DNA of 64,000 nucleotides from Limnohabitans sp. (GTDB lineage: Bacteria; Pseudomonadota; Gammaproteobacteria; Burkholderiales; Burkholderiaceae_C), in assembly GCF_017848645.1 (NCBI RefSeq), contig NZ_JAFEIF010000077.1:38398-102397 (forward strand). Reading direction: 5' to 3'. Under the pieces are notes generated by a model. The model was not told the DNA's origin. It worked only from the letters and a program-made list of their open reading frames with translations, and ran no database searches. Of the stretch, positions 1 through 10,339 are shown one piece after another; position 1 is the first letter of the stretch; each line of letters starts with the position of its first letter. Made by a program: the position numbers and the translations under genes.

Positions 1-1
1 C

Positions 2-463
2 GGGGTGGCGCCCGCTCAGCACCATGTGCGGCACACAACCCACCACCTCGGCCACCTGCATGTCGCTCAGGCTGTTGCCAATGCAGGGCACGCCGGTCAG
101 GTCCACGCCATAACGCTCGGCAATTTGCGAGAAAAGACCCGGCCAGGGTTTGCGGCAACCGCAACCCTCATCGGCCGCGTGCGGGCAATAGAAGAAGGCG
201 TCGATGCGCCCGCCCACAGCCGCCAGTTTCTTGATCAAGTGGCTATGGACGGCGTTGAATGCGGCCATGTCAAACAGCCCCCGACCCAGACCCGACTCGT
301 TGGTGGCCAGCACCACATGAAAACCCGCGTGGTTCAGGCGGCTGATCGCCTCCAAGGCCCCGGGCAACGGCTGCCACTCGTCCGGCGATTTGACGAACTC
401 GTCACCCGTGCGGTTGATGGTGCCGTCGCGGTCGAGGATGACGAGTTTCAAATGGGTGTTCAT
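2..463 (-). CDS. gmhB: D-glycero-D-manno-heptose 1,7-bisphosphate phosphatase (HAD family), 3' end runs off window
   Basis: Not in ORF track (no stop in window). Manual translation from ATG at 463: MNTHLKLVILDRDGTINR...TNESGLGRG...FYCPHAADEGCGCRKP; DxD motif and Zn-binding C-x-H-x5-C-x-C; follows glyS as usual in Burkholderiales. Confidence 0.88.
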   Translation of the reverse strand, partial: MNTHLKLVILDRDGTINRTGDEFVKSPDEWQPLPGALEAISRLNHAGFHVVLATNESGLGRGLFDMAAFNAVHSHLIKKLAAVGGRIDAFFYCPHAADEGCGCRKPWPGLFSQIAERYGVDLTGVPCIGNSLSDMQVAEVVGCVPHMVLSGRHP

Positions 464-499
464 GCGCGCTTGGTGAGGGGCCAGACTCGGATCGATTGA

Positions 500-2632
500 T
501 CAGGCCGCCAAACGCGACAAATCGGCCACGCGGTTCATGGCCACATGCAGCGACTTGAGCAGGCCCTGGCGGTTCAGGCGCAGGTCCATTTCTTCGGCGT
601 TGACCATCACATCGTCAAAGAAAGCGTCCACTGGGGCGCGCAGCGCGGCCAGGGTTTGCAGGCTGGCGGTGTAGTCGCCCGCCTTGAACTGCGCCTCGGA
701 TTCGGGCAGCAGCCTTTGCATCACGGCGTACAGGCCTTTCTCGGCCTCTTCCTGCAGCAAGGCGGGGTTGACGTGAGCATCCACCTCACCGGCTTTTTTC
801 AGGATGTTGCCGATGCGCTTGTTGGCGGCGGCGAGCGCGGGGCTCTCAGGCAGCGCAGCAAAGGCGCGCACGGCTGACAGGAACTGGTTAACCTGACCCA
901 AACGGGCCGGGCGCAGGGCCATGACGGCATCGACCTCTTGCGCGCTGAAGCCTTGCTCGCGCAGGCTGCCAGACAAACGGTCGTAGATGAAGTCGATCAG
1001 TGCCTCTGCGTTTCCCGAAATCTTGTCGCCAAACACGGGCGTCGACAGGGCCAACAATTCAGGCAAGCCCAGCGCCACGTCTTTTTCGATCAGCATGCGG
1101 ATCACGCCCAAGGCATGGCGGCGCAGCGCAAACGGGTCTTTGTCGCCCGTGGGCACATTGCCAATGCCGAACATGCCCACCAGGGTTTCGAGCTTGTCGG
1201 CCAAAGCCACCACCAGGCCCACGTTGTTGCGCGGCAAGTCGTCGCCCGCAAAGCGCGGTTTGTAATGGTCTTCGATGGCCTCGGCCACTTCAGTGGTCAG
1301 GCCATCGTGGCGGGCGTAGTAACCGCCCATGATGCCCTGCAGCTCAGGGAACTCGCCAACCATGTCGGTCAGCAAATCGGTCTTGGCCAGGCGGGCCGCC
1401 TGCTCGGCTTGCTGCGCCAGCGCATCGCCACCCACTTGCTGGCCAATGGCTTTGGCGATGGCGCAAACCCGCGCCATGCGCTCGCCTTGGGTGCCCAGCT
1501 TGTTGTGGTAGACCACTTTGGACAGGCCTTCGACGCGCGATTCGAGCGTCTTTTTGCGGTCTTGGTCGAAGAAGAATTTGGCATCGGCCAGGCGCGGGCG
1601 CACCACGCGCTCGTTGCCGCCAATCACGAACGAAGCGTCGTCGGGGCTGATGTTGCTCACCACCAAGAAGCGGTTCGTCAGCTTGCCCGATGCATCGATC
1701 AAGGGGAAGTATTTCTGGTTGGCCTTCATCGTGAGGATCAGGCACTCTTGCGGCACACCCAAGAACTCGGTCTCGAATTGGCAAGTCAGCACATTGGGGC
1801 GTTCGACCAGCGCGGTCACTTCGTCCAGCAAGGCGTCATCCTCAATCGGTTGGCAACCACCACCCACCTTGGCAGCCGCCGCTTGCAGCTGGCGCACGAT
1901 CTCGGCGCGGCGCTCGGCAAAGCTGGCGATCACCGAGCCGTCGCGCTTGAGCACTTCGTCGTATTGGTCAGCGTGCGGCAAGAGCACGGGCGAGACCTTG
2001 GCCTCAAAGCGGTGGCCTTGGGTGCTGTTGCCTGCCGTCAGGCCCAGCGCCTTGACCGGCACCACGGTGGAACCATGCAAGGCGATCAGACTGTGTGCAG
2101 GGCGCACAAAGTTCACGCTGCTCCAGCCTGGCAACTCGCAATCGGTTTCCAGTTGGTACTGCATGACCTTGGGAATCGGCAGCTTGGCCAGCGCTTCTTC
2201 CAAAGCTTTTTGCAGCCCAGCTTGCAGCGAAGCGCCTTTAACGATGCTGTCGTAAAACAGGGCTTCGGCTTTGCCGTCGGGTGCGCGCTTGAGCGCCGCC
2301 ACAGCGGCTGCCGGGTCGCTCACGTCGGCCCCAAGCGCTTGCAGTTTTTTCAGCAAGGCGGGGGTGGCGTTGCCCGCTGCGTCCAGGCCCACGGCCACGG
2401 GCATCAGCTTTTGCTGCACGGCCTTGTCGGCGGCATGTGCGGCCACGCCCGTCACATGCGCGGCCAGGCGGCGGGGCGAGGCAAAGGCCGTCACCACCGC
2501 GTCGGCAGCGGCCAGGCCCTGGGCCTTGAGTTGTTCGGCCAGCACGCCCGAAAACGCCGCACCCAACTTGTTGAGCGCCTTGGGCGGCAGCTCTTCCACA
2601 AACAGTTCTACCAGCAAATTTTGTGTCGTCAT
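500..2632 (-). CDS. glyS: Glycine-tRNA ligase beta subunit
   Basis: Start MTTQNLLVELFVEELPP at 2632; motifs EFPELQGIMG, GDKDPFALRR. Confidence 0.97.
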   Translation of the reverse strand: MTTQNLLVELFVEELPPKALNKLGAAFSGVLAEQLKAQGLAAADAVVTAFASPRRLAAHVTGVAAHAADKAVQQKLMPVAVGLDAAGNATPALLKKLQALGADVSDPAAAVAALKRAPDGKAEALFYDSIVKGASLQAGLQKALEEALAKLPIPKVMQYQLETDCELPGWSSVNFVRPAHSLIALHGSTVVPVKALGLTAGNSTQGHRFEAKVSPVLLPHADQYDEVLKRDGSVIASFAERRAEIVRQLQAAAAKVGGGCQPIEDDALLDEVTALVERPNVLTCQFETEFLGVPQECLILTMKANQKYFPLIDASGKLTNRFLVVSNISPDDASFVIGGNERVVRPRLADAKFFFDQDRKKTLESRVEGLSKVVYHNKLGTQGERMARVCAIAKAIGQQVGGDALAQQAEQAARLAKTDLLTDMVGEFPELQGIMGGYYARHDGLTTEVAEAIEDHYKPRFAGDDLPRNNVGLVVALADKLETLVGMFGIGNVPTGDKDPFALRRHALGVIRMLIEKDVALGLPELLALSTPVFGDKISGNAEALIDFIYDRLSGSLREQGFSAQEVDAVMALRPARLGQVNQFLSAVRAFAALPESPALAAANKRIGNILKKAGEVDAHVNPALLQEEAEKGLYAVMQRLLPESEAQFKAGDYTASLQTLAALRAPVDAFFDDVMVNAEEMDLRLNRQGLLKSLHVAMNRVADLSRLAA

Positions 2633-2643
2633 GTTGTTCTCCC

Positions 2644-3549
<906 letters not shown>

Positions 3550-3620
3550 GGCCGAAGCATTGCCAGCAGCGAGCTGGCCAGGGTTAGGGAAGGGCGCAAG
3601 TTTTGCGCGAACCCTTGATT

Positions 3621-5192
3621 TTACGGCCTTTGCCGCTGCCAAAAAGCCCAAGCCACCACCACACAGCACAGCGCCCACAGGGGGGCCAAACCCCAGCCAC
3701 TGGCCCAGCGGGCAAAGGGCGTGAGGCCATGACGCCCGTCAAAAGTGCCCGTCAGGCTGCCCCGGGTGAAACGGGGCAACTGGTCGGTCACGCGGCCCGT
3801 GTGGTCGATGATGGCGGTGGCCCCGGTGTTGGTGGCGCGCAGCATGGGGCGGCCCAGCTCCATGGCCCGCAGCCGCGAGATGTTCAGGTGCTGGTCCACC
3901 GCAAGGGTGTCGCCAAACCAGGCGATGTTGCTCACATTCACCAAGGCCGTGGGCGCGGTGGCCGGGTCTTTGAAACGCAGGGCCAGTTCCTCGCCAAACA
4001 GGTCTTCGTAACACACGTTGGGGGCCAGACGCTGGCCTTGCCAGACCAGAGAAGCCTGGTCCCAGCCGCCCGGTTTGAAATCGCCCAAAGGGATGTTCAT
4101 CATGCGGATGAACCACGCAAAACCCGGCGGCATGAACTCGCCAAAGGGCACCAGGTGCGACTTGTCATAGCGGTAGGGCGCAGCGCCCTGCGGCCCCAGC
4201 GCCACCACCGAGTTGCTATAGCCCTGCTCCAGGCTGCCCAAAGGCAGGCCCACCAAGGCCACAGGGCGGCCCGGTTGCGCAAAATGGGCCTGCAAGCCAG
4301 ACCAGTACCCCTCTGGCAAATGGCGCGGCAGCAGGGGAATGGCGGTCTCGGGGGCCACCACCAGGGGCTGCTGGCTGGCGCGCAACTGCGCGTCGTACCA
4401 CTGCAGGGCATCGCGCACGCCGCTGGCTGCCTGGAACTTGTCGGTCTGCGAAATATTGGCTTGCAGCAACTGCACCTGGCCCTGACCGGCAGACGTGGTG
4501 AACACCGGCCCAAAGGCCTGCAAAGCCCAAGCGGCAAGGCCCACGCCGATCAGTGGCTTGAGCGCCCGCAAGCGCCAGCCCGCCAGCGCGAGGCGCATGG
4601 CCAGCCAGGCGGCCACAGCCCCCATGCCGTACACCCCCACCCAAGGCGCGAAGGCGACCAAAGTGCCATCCACATGCGCATAGCCCCCGGCCCCCCACGG
4701 AAAACCCGTGAGCCAGCGCCCGCGCATGAGTTCGGCCAAGGTCCACACCGCCGCAAACAAAGCGCTGGCCCAACCCGGCCGCTCGGCCACCAGGCCCCGC
4801 GCCAGGCCCACCCAGACCGCCGAAGCAGCGGCGTAATACAGCGCCAGCGCCGTCGCCAGCGCCAGCACGGCCAGCACGGCCAAGGGCGCGGGCAAGCCCC
4901 CCACCTGGTGCATGGACACATACAGCCACCAAAAACTCCCCGCCAACCAGGCAGTGGCAAACACGCCACCAAACCAGGCCGCCCGTTTGAGGGGATGGGC
5001 CTCGCGGCCCCGAGAGAAAGACGCCTGCGTGAGACGCGCCAGGCCCGCCGCCAACAGCATCAAACTCAAAACCTGCAACCAACCCAGGGCCTGGCCACTG
5101 CCCGGCCAGGCGATGGACGCGGCCTGCGCGGCACCGGCCATCGCGGGCCAGACGGTCTGCCAAGCCAGCGCGCGTGGCCGCAAGCCGCTCAT
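3621..5192 (-). CDS. lnt: Apolipoprotein N-acyltransferase
   Basis: Membrane N-half with GFPW; nitrilase-fold motifs [31 protein letters not shown]. Confidence 0.95.
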   Translation of the reverse strand: MSGLRPRALAWQTVWPAMAGAAQAASIAWPGSGQALGWLQVLSLMLLAAGLARLTQASFSRGREAHPLKRAAWFGGVFATAWLAGSFWWLYVSMHQVGGLPAPLAVLAVLALATALALYYAAASAVWVGLARGLVAERPGWASALFAAVWTLAELMRGRWLTGFPWGAGGYAHVDGTLVAFAPWVGVYGMGAVAAWLAMRLALAGWRLRALKPLIGVGLAAWALQAFGPVFTTSAGQGQVQLLQANISQTDKFQAASGVRDALQWYDAQLRASQQPLVVAPETAIPLLPRHLPEGYWSGLQAHFAQPGRPVALVGLPLGSLEQGYSNSVVALGPQGAAPYRYDKSHLVPFGEFMPPGFAWFIRMMNIPLGDFKPGGWDQASLVWQGQRLAPNVCYEDLFGEELALRFKDPATAPTALVNVSNIAWFGDTLAVDQHLNISRLRAMELGRPMLRATNTGATAIIDHTGRVTDQLPRFTRGSLTGTFDGRHGLTPFARWASGWGLAPLWALCCVVVAWAFWQRQRP

Positions 5193-6115
5193 GCAGCGGG
5201 CCCGGGTGCAGGCGTGCGGCCCGGGCTGCCGGGTTCTTCAGCGCCTGCTGCGGGCATGGGCGACACCTTGAACCAGCGCACCGCTCCGGCGCGCGTGTGC
5301 AAGACCACAAAGCGCAGGCCTGCCAGCTCGAAGCTTTCGCCCCGGTGCGGCACATGGCCCATCTCATGGGCAATCAAGCCGCCCAAGGTGTCGAAATCGT
5401 GGTCGTCATCGGCCTGCCGCGCCTGCCGCAAATCCACGCCAAAAGCTTCGTCCACGCGCTCGATGGCGGTGTCGCCACTGACCCTGAAGCTGCGATCGGG
5501 CAAGCCAAAAATATCACCCGCGTCGTCGGCGATGTCGAACTCGTCCTCGATCTCGCCCACGATTTGTTCGAGCACATCCTCGATGGTGATCAGCCCGGCC
5601 GTGCGGCCGAACTCGTCAATCACGATGGCCAGGTGGTTGCGGTTGTCGCGGAACTGCCGCAGCAGATCGTTCAGGCCCTTGCTCTCGGGCACAAACACCG
5701 CCGGGCGGAGCAATGCGCGGATGTTCAACTCAGGCGCACGCTGCAGTTTGAGCAGGTCTTTGGCCAGCAAGATGCCGATGATGTTGTCGCGTTCGCCCTC
5801 ATAAACAGGAAAGCGCGAATGCCCGGTGTCGATCACCAGGTGCAGCAACTCGTCCACGGGGTCTTCGATGTTCAGCAAGTCCATGCGCGGGGCAGCCAGC
5901 ATCACATCGCTGGCGGTCATGTCGGCCATGCGGATCACGCCCTCGATCATCAAACGGCTCTCGGTGTTGATGATCTGGTTGTCCTCGGCCTCGGCCAGGG
6001 TCTCGATCAGCTCATCGGCCGAATCGGGTCCGGGGTGGATGAACTCCGCCAGTTTTTGCAGAAAACTTCGCTTGTCTTCGCGCTCGGCGTGGCGCGCAGG
6101 ATAGGGGTCAGACAC
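5189..6115 (-). CDS. corC: CBS-pair/CorC_HlyC Mg2+/Co2+ transport-associated protein
   Basis: GHSRFPVY, FVPESK, HLAIVIDEFG, GLITIEDVLEQIVGEIEDEFD; probable GTG start at 6115; TGA overlaps lnt ATG. Confidence 0.9.
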   Translation of the reverse strand: MSDPYPARHAEREDKRSFLQKLAEFIHPGPDSADELIETLAEAEDNQIINTESRLMIEGVIRMADMTASDVMLAAPRMDLLNIEDPVDELLHLVIDTGHSRFPVYEGERDNIIGILLAKDLLKLQRAPELNIRALLRPAVFVPESKGLNDLLRQFRDNRNHLAIVIDEFGRTAGLITIEDVLEQIVGEIEDEFDIADDAGDIFGLPDRSFRVSGDTAIERVDEAFGVDLRQARQADDDHDFDTLGGLIAHEMGHVPHRGESFELAGLRFVVLHTRAGAVRWFKVSPMPAAGAEEPGSPGRTPAPGPAA

Positions 6116-6231
6116 GGTCAAAGCTGGCAGGACATGCTGTAGTGAACAAACTACAAGGATAGCGGATTTGGATGAACGGCCACCGACACCTGAACTGCGA
6201 ACGGCCTGTGAACGGCCGACTCAGGCACCCC

Positions 6232-6984
6232 TCAAGGCCCGCGCGAGCTGTCGCGGGCATCGCGCACGCCCTGGCGGATTTCTTGCACCGTGGCCAACCA
6301 CTGGCGAAACTGGTGGGCCTGCATTTTGAGCTGGTAGTCCAGCTCGGCCATTTGCTCTTGCATCAGGCCGCTGAGCTGGCTGTCCAAGGTGGCTTGCGGC
6401 AAGGAAAGGTAGGCCTCGCTCTCGCTGCCATCGCGCTGCACCGCGGCACCGGCGTGGCGCGCAATCTTGAGCATGGCCACGTTTTCGCTCAGCGCGTGGA
6501 TGAACAACAGGCTCACGCCCTGGTTGCGGGCGTGCATCACCGCATGGCCAAACAATTTGGCCCCCAGGCCTTTGCCGCGTTGGTGCGGCGACACCGACAC
6601 ACCAAACTCGGCGCAAGTGGCCCATTGCGGGTCGACCGAATAGGCCAGGTGCGCCATAGCCACCAGCTCCAGGCGGCGGTTGAAGACCCCGAAAATCTCG
6701 TCCCGCACAAAGTTCAGACCCTGCACGTAGCGGTCAATTTGCTCGTCGGTGGCGGCGTAGCCAAAGCGCAGGTAACGGTCTTGGGCGGGCAGGGCCTGCA
6801 AATGCCGCACGATGCGCGGCTTGTGGCGCGGCGAGAGTGAGCGGATGGGCACCCAGCTGGGGCTCTTGCGGGCCACCCCGGCCGGGGCCGATGGCCCCAC
6901 ATCGGCTGCACCAAACGCGCTTCGCCACCACTGGCGAAGCAGCGAAGTGAATCGGTTGGTACGCGTTTCAGAGGGGGTGTTCAT
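6232..6984 (-). CDS. GNAT family N-acetyltransferase (single domain, Pat-like)
   Basis: 3' part of track ORF 6232..7989 from MNTPSETR; DRYLRFGY, AEFGVSVSPHQRGKGLG acetyl-CoA motif, ENVAMLKIARHAG. Confidence 0.85.
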   Translation of the reverse strand: MNTPSETRTNRFTSLLRQWWRSAFGAADVGPSAPAGVARKSPSWVPIRSLSPRHKPRIVRHLQALPAQDRYLRFGYAATDEQIDRYVQGLNFVRDEIFGVFNRRLELVAMAHLAYSVDPQWATCAEFGVSVSPHQRGKGLGAKLFGHAVMHARNQGVSLLFIHALSENVAMLKIARHAGAAVQRDGSESEAYLSLPQATLDSQLSGLMQEQMAELDYQLKMQAHQFRQWLATVQEIRQGVRDARDSSRGP

Positions 6985-7143
6985 GTCGACGCCTAGGGTT
7001 AACCCCATTTTGCACCCATTTGCCTGGCCCTGAACCCCTCGGGTTTTGTCGCCTGTGAGACCGCCGAGCCCACCTCTCAGGACTTGCCCTGTGTCGGCCC
7101 CGCCCGGAGCTGGTGACAATGCAGCTCTACAGGAGACAAGCGC

Positions 7144-8829
7144 ATGGAACGTATCTGGCTCAAGAATTACCCGCCCGGTGTGCCCCACGACATCGACACC
7201 ACTCAGTACAAAAGCCTGACCGACTTGCTGGAGCGGGCATTCCACGAACACGGCAACAACCCGTTTTCGGTCTGCATGAACCGCTGGATGAGCTACAAGC
7301 AGCTCGACGAATTGTCCACCGCGCTGGGGGCCTGGCTGCAAAGCAAAGGCCTGGAGCCCGGCAGCCGGGTGGCCATCATGCTGCCCAACCTGCCCCAGTT
7401 TGCGGTGACCATGGCGGCCATTTTGCGGGCCGGCTACACCTGCGTGAACGTCAACCCCCTCTACACCGCCCGTGAGCTGGAGCACCAACTCAAGGACTCC
7501 GGGGCCACGGCCATCGTGATTCTGGAAAACTTCGCGGCCACCTTGCAGGACGTGATCGAACGCACCGCAGTGCAGCATGTGGTGCTGGCTTCGATTGGCG
7601 ATTTGCTGGGCCCCATCAACGGCCGCTGGTTGAGTTTTGCCGTGCGTCACTTGGCCAAAATGGTGCCCCCGTTTGAGCTGCCCCTGAGCGGCGGGCGCAC
7701 CGTCACCCCGTTCAACAAAGCCCTTGCCCAAGGTCGCGGCATGAACCTGCGCCCGACGGCGCAAAGCATGGACGACATCGCTTTCTTGCAATACACGGGC
7801 GGCACCACCGGCCTGTCCAAAGGCGCGGTGCTGACCCACCGCAACGTGGTGGCGGCCATCTTGCAGGCCGAAGGCTGGTTTTCGCCGGCTCTGGCCGATG
7901 TGCCCGACCTGCGCAAGGTGAACAACATCGCAGCTTTGCCGCTCTACCACATCTTCGCGCTCACGCTGTGTTTGCTGGCCATCCGCCAAGGCTCATACAT
8001 CACGCTGGTGCCCAACCCGCGTGACTTCGCCAAGTTCATCGAAGTGCTCAAGCAGCGCCCCTTTCATGTGCTGCCCGGGGTGAACACGCTGTTCAACGCG
8101 CTGATGCAGCACCCGATGTTCAAGACGATCGATTTTTCCTCGCTCAAGCTCACCCAGGCGGGCGGCATGGCCGCCTCCGAAGGCACGGCCCATCACTGGC
8201 AAAAAGCCACTGGCAGCGCCATGATCGAAGGCTGGGGCATGAGCGAGACCTGCGCGATTGGCACCAACAACCCGGTCACACAAAAGACCTTCAGCGGCAA
8301 CATCGGCCTGCCCCTGCCGGGCATCGACATCGCCATCAAGGACGACGAGGGCCAAAGCCTGCCCGTAGGCAGCTCGGGCGAAATCTGCATTCGTGGCCCC
8401 AACGTCATGACCGGTTACTTCAACCAGCCCGCCGAAAACGCCAAGACCTTCACCGCCGACGGCTTCATGCGCACGGGCGACATCGGCATCATGGACGAGC
8501 AAGGCTTCACCCGCATCGTGGACCGCAAAAAGGACATGATCATCGTCAGTGGCTTCAACGTCTTCCCCAGCGAGCTGGAAAACCTGATCTCGACCTGCCC
8601 CGGCGTGGTCGAGTGCGCAGCCGTGGGCATCCCCGACGCCATGCAAGGCGAAACCATCAAGGTGTTTGTGGTGCGCAACGACCCGATGCTGACCGAAGAG
8701 GCCGTGTCGCGTTTTTGCCAGGACAAACTCACCGGCTACAAGCGCCCCAAATACATCGAGTTCCGCGACGAGCTGCCCAAATCCAACGTGGGCAAGATCC
8801 TTCGCCGCGATCTGCGCAGCGCCAAATGA
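7144..8829 (+). CDS. fadD: Long-chain fatty acid-CoA ligase (AMP-forming)
   Basis: LQYTGGTTGLSKG P-loop, EGWGMSET, MRTGDIG, DRKKDMI, C-terminal LPKSNVGKILRR; SD AGGAG upstream. Confidence 0.88.
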   Translation: MERIWLKNYPPGVPHDIDTTQYKSLTDLLERAFHEHGNNPFSVCMNRWMSYKQLDELSTALGAWLQSKGLEPGSRVAIMLPNLPQFAVTMAAILRAGYTCVNVNPLYTARELEHQLKDSGATAIVILENFAATLQDVIERTAVQHVVLASIGDLLGPINGRWLSFAVRHLAKMVPPFELPLSGGRTVTPFNKALAQGRGMNLRPTAQSMDDIAFLQYTGGTTGLSKGAVLTHRNVVAAILQAEGWFSPALADVPDLRKVNNIAALPLYHIFALTLCLLAIRQGSYITLVPNPRDFAKFIEVLKQRPFHVLPGVNTLFNALMQHPMFKTIDFSSLKLTQAGGMAASEGTAHHWQKATGSAMIEGWGMSETCAIGTNNPVTQKTFSGNIGLPLPGIDIAIKDDEGQSLPVGSSGEICIRGPNVMTGYFNQPAENAKTFTADGFMRTGDIGIMDEQGFTRIVDRKKDMIIVSGFNVFPSELENLISTCPGVVECAAVGIPDAMQGETIKVFVVRNDPMLTEEAVSRFCQDKLTGYKRPKYIEFRDELPKSNVGKILRRDLRSAK

Positions 8830-9749
8830 GTTCGCCCAGCACATTGCCGCCAGGCGTGCGCGTGTTCGAGCGCGGCTGGCTGTCGGCCAACAACGTGCTG
8901 CTGCAGGACGCGCACAGCGCCACCTTGGTCGACAGCGGCTACGTTACCCACCAGGCCCAAACCCTGGCCCTGGTGCAGCACGCCCTGCAAGGCCGCACAC
9001 TGGACCAACTGGCCAACACCCACCTGCACAGCGACCACTGCGGCGGCAACCAAGCCCTGCAAGCGCATTACCCGGCCCTGAAAACCTGGATCCCGCCGGG
9101 CCTGTCGCAAGCGGTGCAGCATTGGCGCGAGGACGAGCTGAGCTACCAACCCACAGGCCAGAACTGCCCCGCCTTTGCCTTCACCGGTTTGCTGCAACCG
9201 GGCAGCACCCACCGCTGGGCCGACATGGACTGGCAAGTGCACGCCGCCCCCGGGCACGACCCCCACTCGGTCATCTTGTTTGCGCCCGAACACCGCCTGT
9301 TGATGTCGGCCGATGCGCTCTGGCAAAACGGCTTTGGTGTGGTGTTTCCCGAATTGGCGGGCGTGGCCGCCTTTGACGAAGTGGCGCAAACCCTGGACCT
9401 GATCGAGCGGCTCGACCCCGCCACCATCATCCCGGGGCACGGCGCGGTCTTCACCGAAGTGGCCCCTGCACTGGCCCTGGCCCGCAGCAAACTTGAAGGC
9501 TTTGCGCAAAACCCCGAGCGGCATGCGCGCTACGGCACCAAGGTGCTGCTCAAATTCAAATTGCTCGAATGGGGCCAAATCTCGCGTGCCGAATTCAGCG
9601 ACTGGGCCATGAAAGTGCCCTACATGCTTGAGCTGCACCAGCGCTTTGGCCAAGGCCACAGCCAGCGCGTCTGGCTCGACATGATGCTGGCCGAGCTGGC
9701 GCGCAGCGGGGCCATGCAAGAGGTGGATGGCGTGCTGCACGACGCGTGA
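8826..9749 (+). CDS. MBL-fold metallo-hydrolase
   Basis: ATG at 8826 overlaps the fadD TGA; THLHSDHCGG, PGHD, IPGHG motifs. Confidence 0.88.
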   Translation: MSSPSTLPPGVRVFERGWLSANNVLLQDAHSATLVDSGYVTHQAQTLALVQHALQGRTLDQLANTHLHSDHCGGNQALQAHYPALKTWIPPGLSQAVQHWREDELSYQPTGQNCPAFAFTGLLQPGSTHRWADMDWQVHAAPGHDPHSVILFAPEHRLLMSADALWQNGFGVVFPELAGVAAFDEVAQTLDLIERLDPATIIPGHGAVFTEVAPALALARSKLEGFAQNPERHARYGTKVLLKFKLLEWGQISRAEFSDWAMKVPYMLELHQRFGQGHSQRVWLDMMLAELARSGAMQEVDGVLHDA

Positions 9750-9780
9750 AGCCCCAAGACACAGCCCTTATACAAAGCCC

Positions 9781-9817
9781 AAAAACAAAACCCCTCAGGC
9801 CGAAACCTGAGGGGCTT
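9781..9817 (-). terminator. Intrinsic terminator of tRNA cluster
   Basis: CCCCTCAGG/CCTGAGGGG 9-bp stem followed by TTTTGTTTTT on minus strand, just 3' of tRNA-Gly. Confidence 0.8.
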
Positions 9818-9822
9818 GAATC

Positions 9823-9898
9823 TGGAGCGGGAAACGAGGCTCGAACTCGCGACCTCAACCTTGGCAAGGTTGCGCTCTACCAACTGAGCTATTCCCGC
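9823..9898 (-). tRNA. tRNA-Gly(GCC)
   Basis: GCGGGAATAGCTCAGTTGG...CTTGCCAAG...TTCGAGCCTCGTTTCCCGCTCCA, 76 nt, encoded CCA. Confidence 0.97.
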
Positions 9899-9909
9899 AA
9901 ACATCACTT

Positions 9910-9986
9910 TGGCGGAGTGGACGGGACTCGAACCCGCGACCCCCGGCGTGACAGGCCGGTATTCTAACCAACTGAACTACCACTCC
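9910..9986 (-). tRNA. tRNA-Asp(GTC)
   Basis: GGAGTGGTAGTTCAGTTGGTTAGAATACCGGCCTGTCACGCCGG...CCA, 77 nt. Confidence 0.97.
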
Positions 9987-10012
9987 TGGCAGTCTTCTCG
10001 TCATGAACCGAG

Positions 10013-10088
10013 TGGCTCCTCAACCTGGGCTCGAACCAGGGACCTACGGATTAACAGTCCGGCGCTCTACCGACTGAGCTATTGAGGA
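10013..10088 (-). tRNA. tRNA-Asn(GTT)
   Basis: TCCTCAATAGCTCAGTCGGTAGAGCGCCGGACTGTTAATCCG...CCA, 76 nt. Confidence 0.97.
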
Positions 10089-10100
10089 ACAAGGATGACT

Positions 10101-10142
10101 TGAAAAGAAAACGTCGTAGAAATCTGCATTTCTACGACGTTT
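10101..10142 (-). terminator. 15-bp perfect hairpin plus U-rich tail between tRNA-Phe and tRNA-Asn
   Basis: AAACGTCGTAGAAAT(4-nt loop)ATTTCTACGACGTTT at 10109-10142, then TCTTTT on minus strand. Confidence 0.6.
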
Positions 10143-10147
10143 GATCT

Positions 10148-10223
<76 letters not shown>

Positions 10224-10339
10224 TGAGCCTTGAATTCTAGCAGGTCTTTTGCGTGCGCCAGAGCACGGGCTTCAAAAATTAATGCGTTTCAGTGTCTCGC
10301 CAATGCCCGGCATGGTGAGGTCGCGACGGCAGCGGCCCA

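Noticed and set aside
6985-7989. N-terminal ~335 aa of track ORF 6232..7989
   Set aside because: Antisense to fadD; only the part from ATG 6984 looks like a GNAT.
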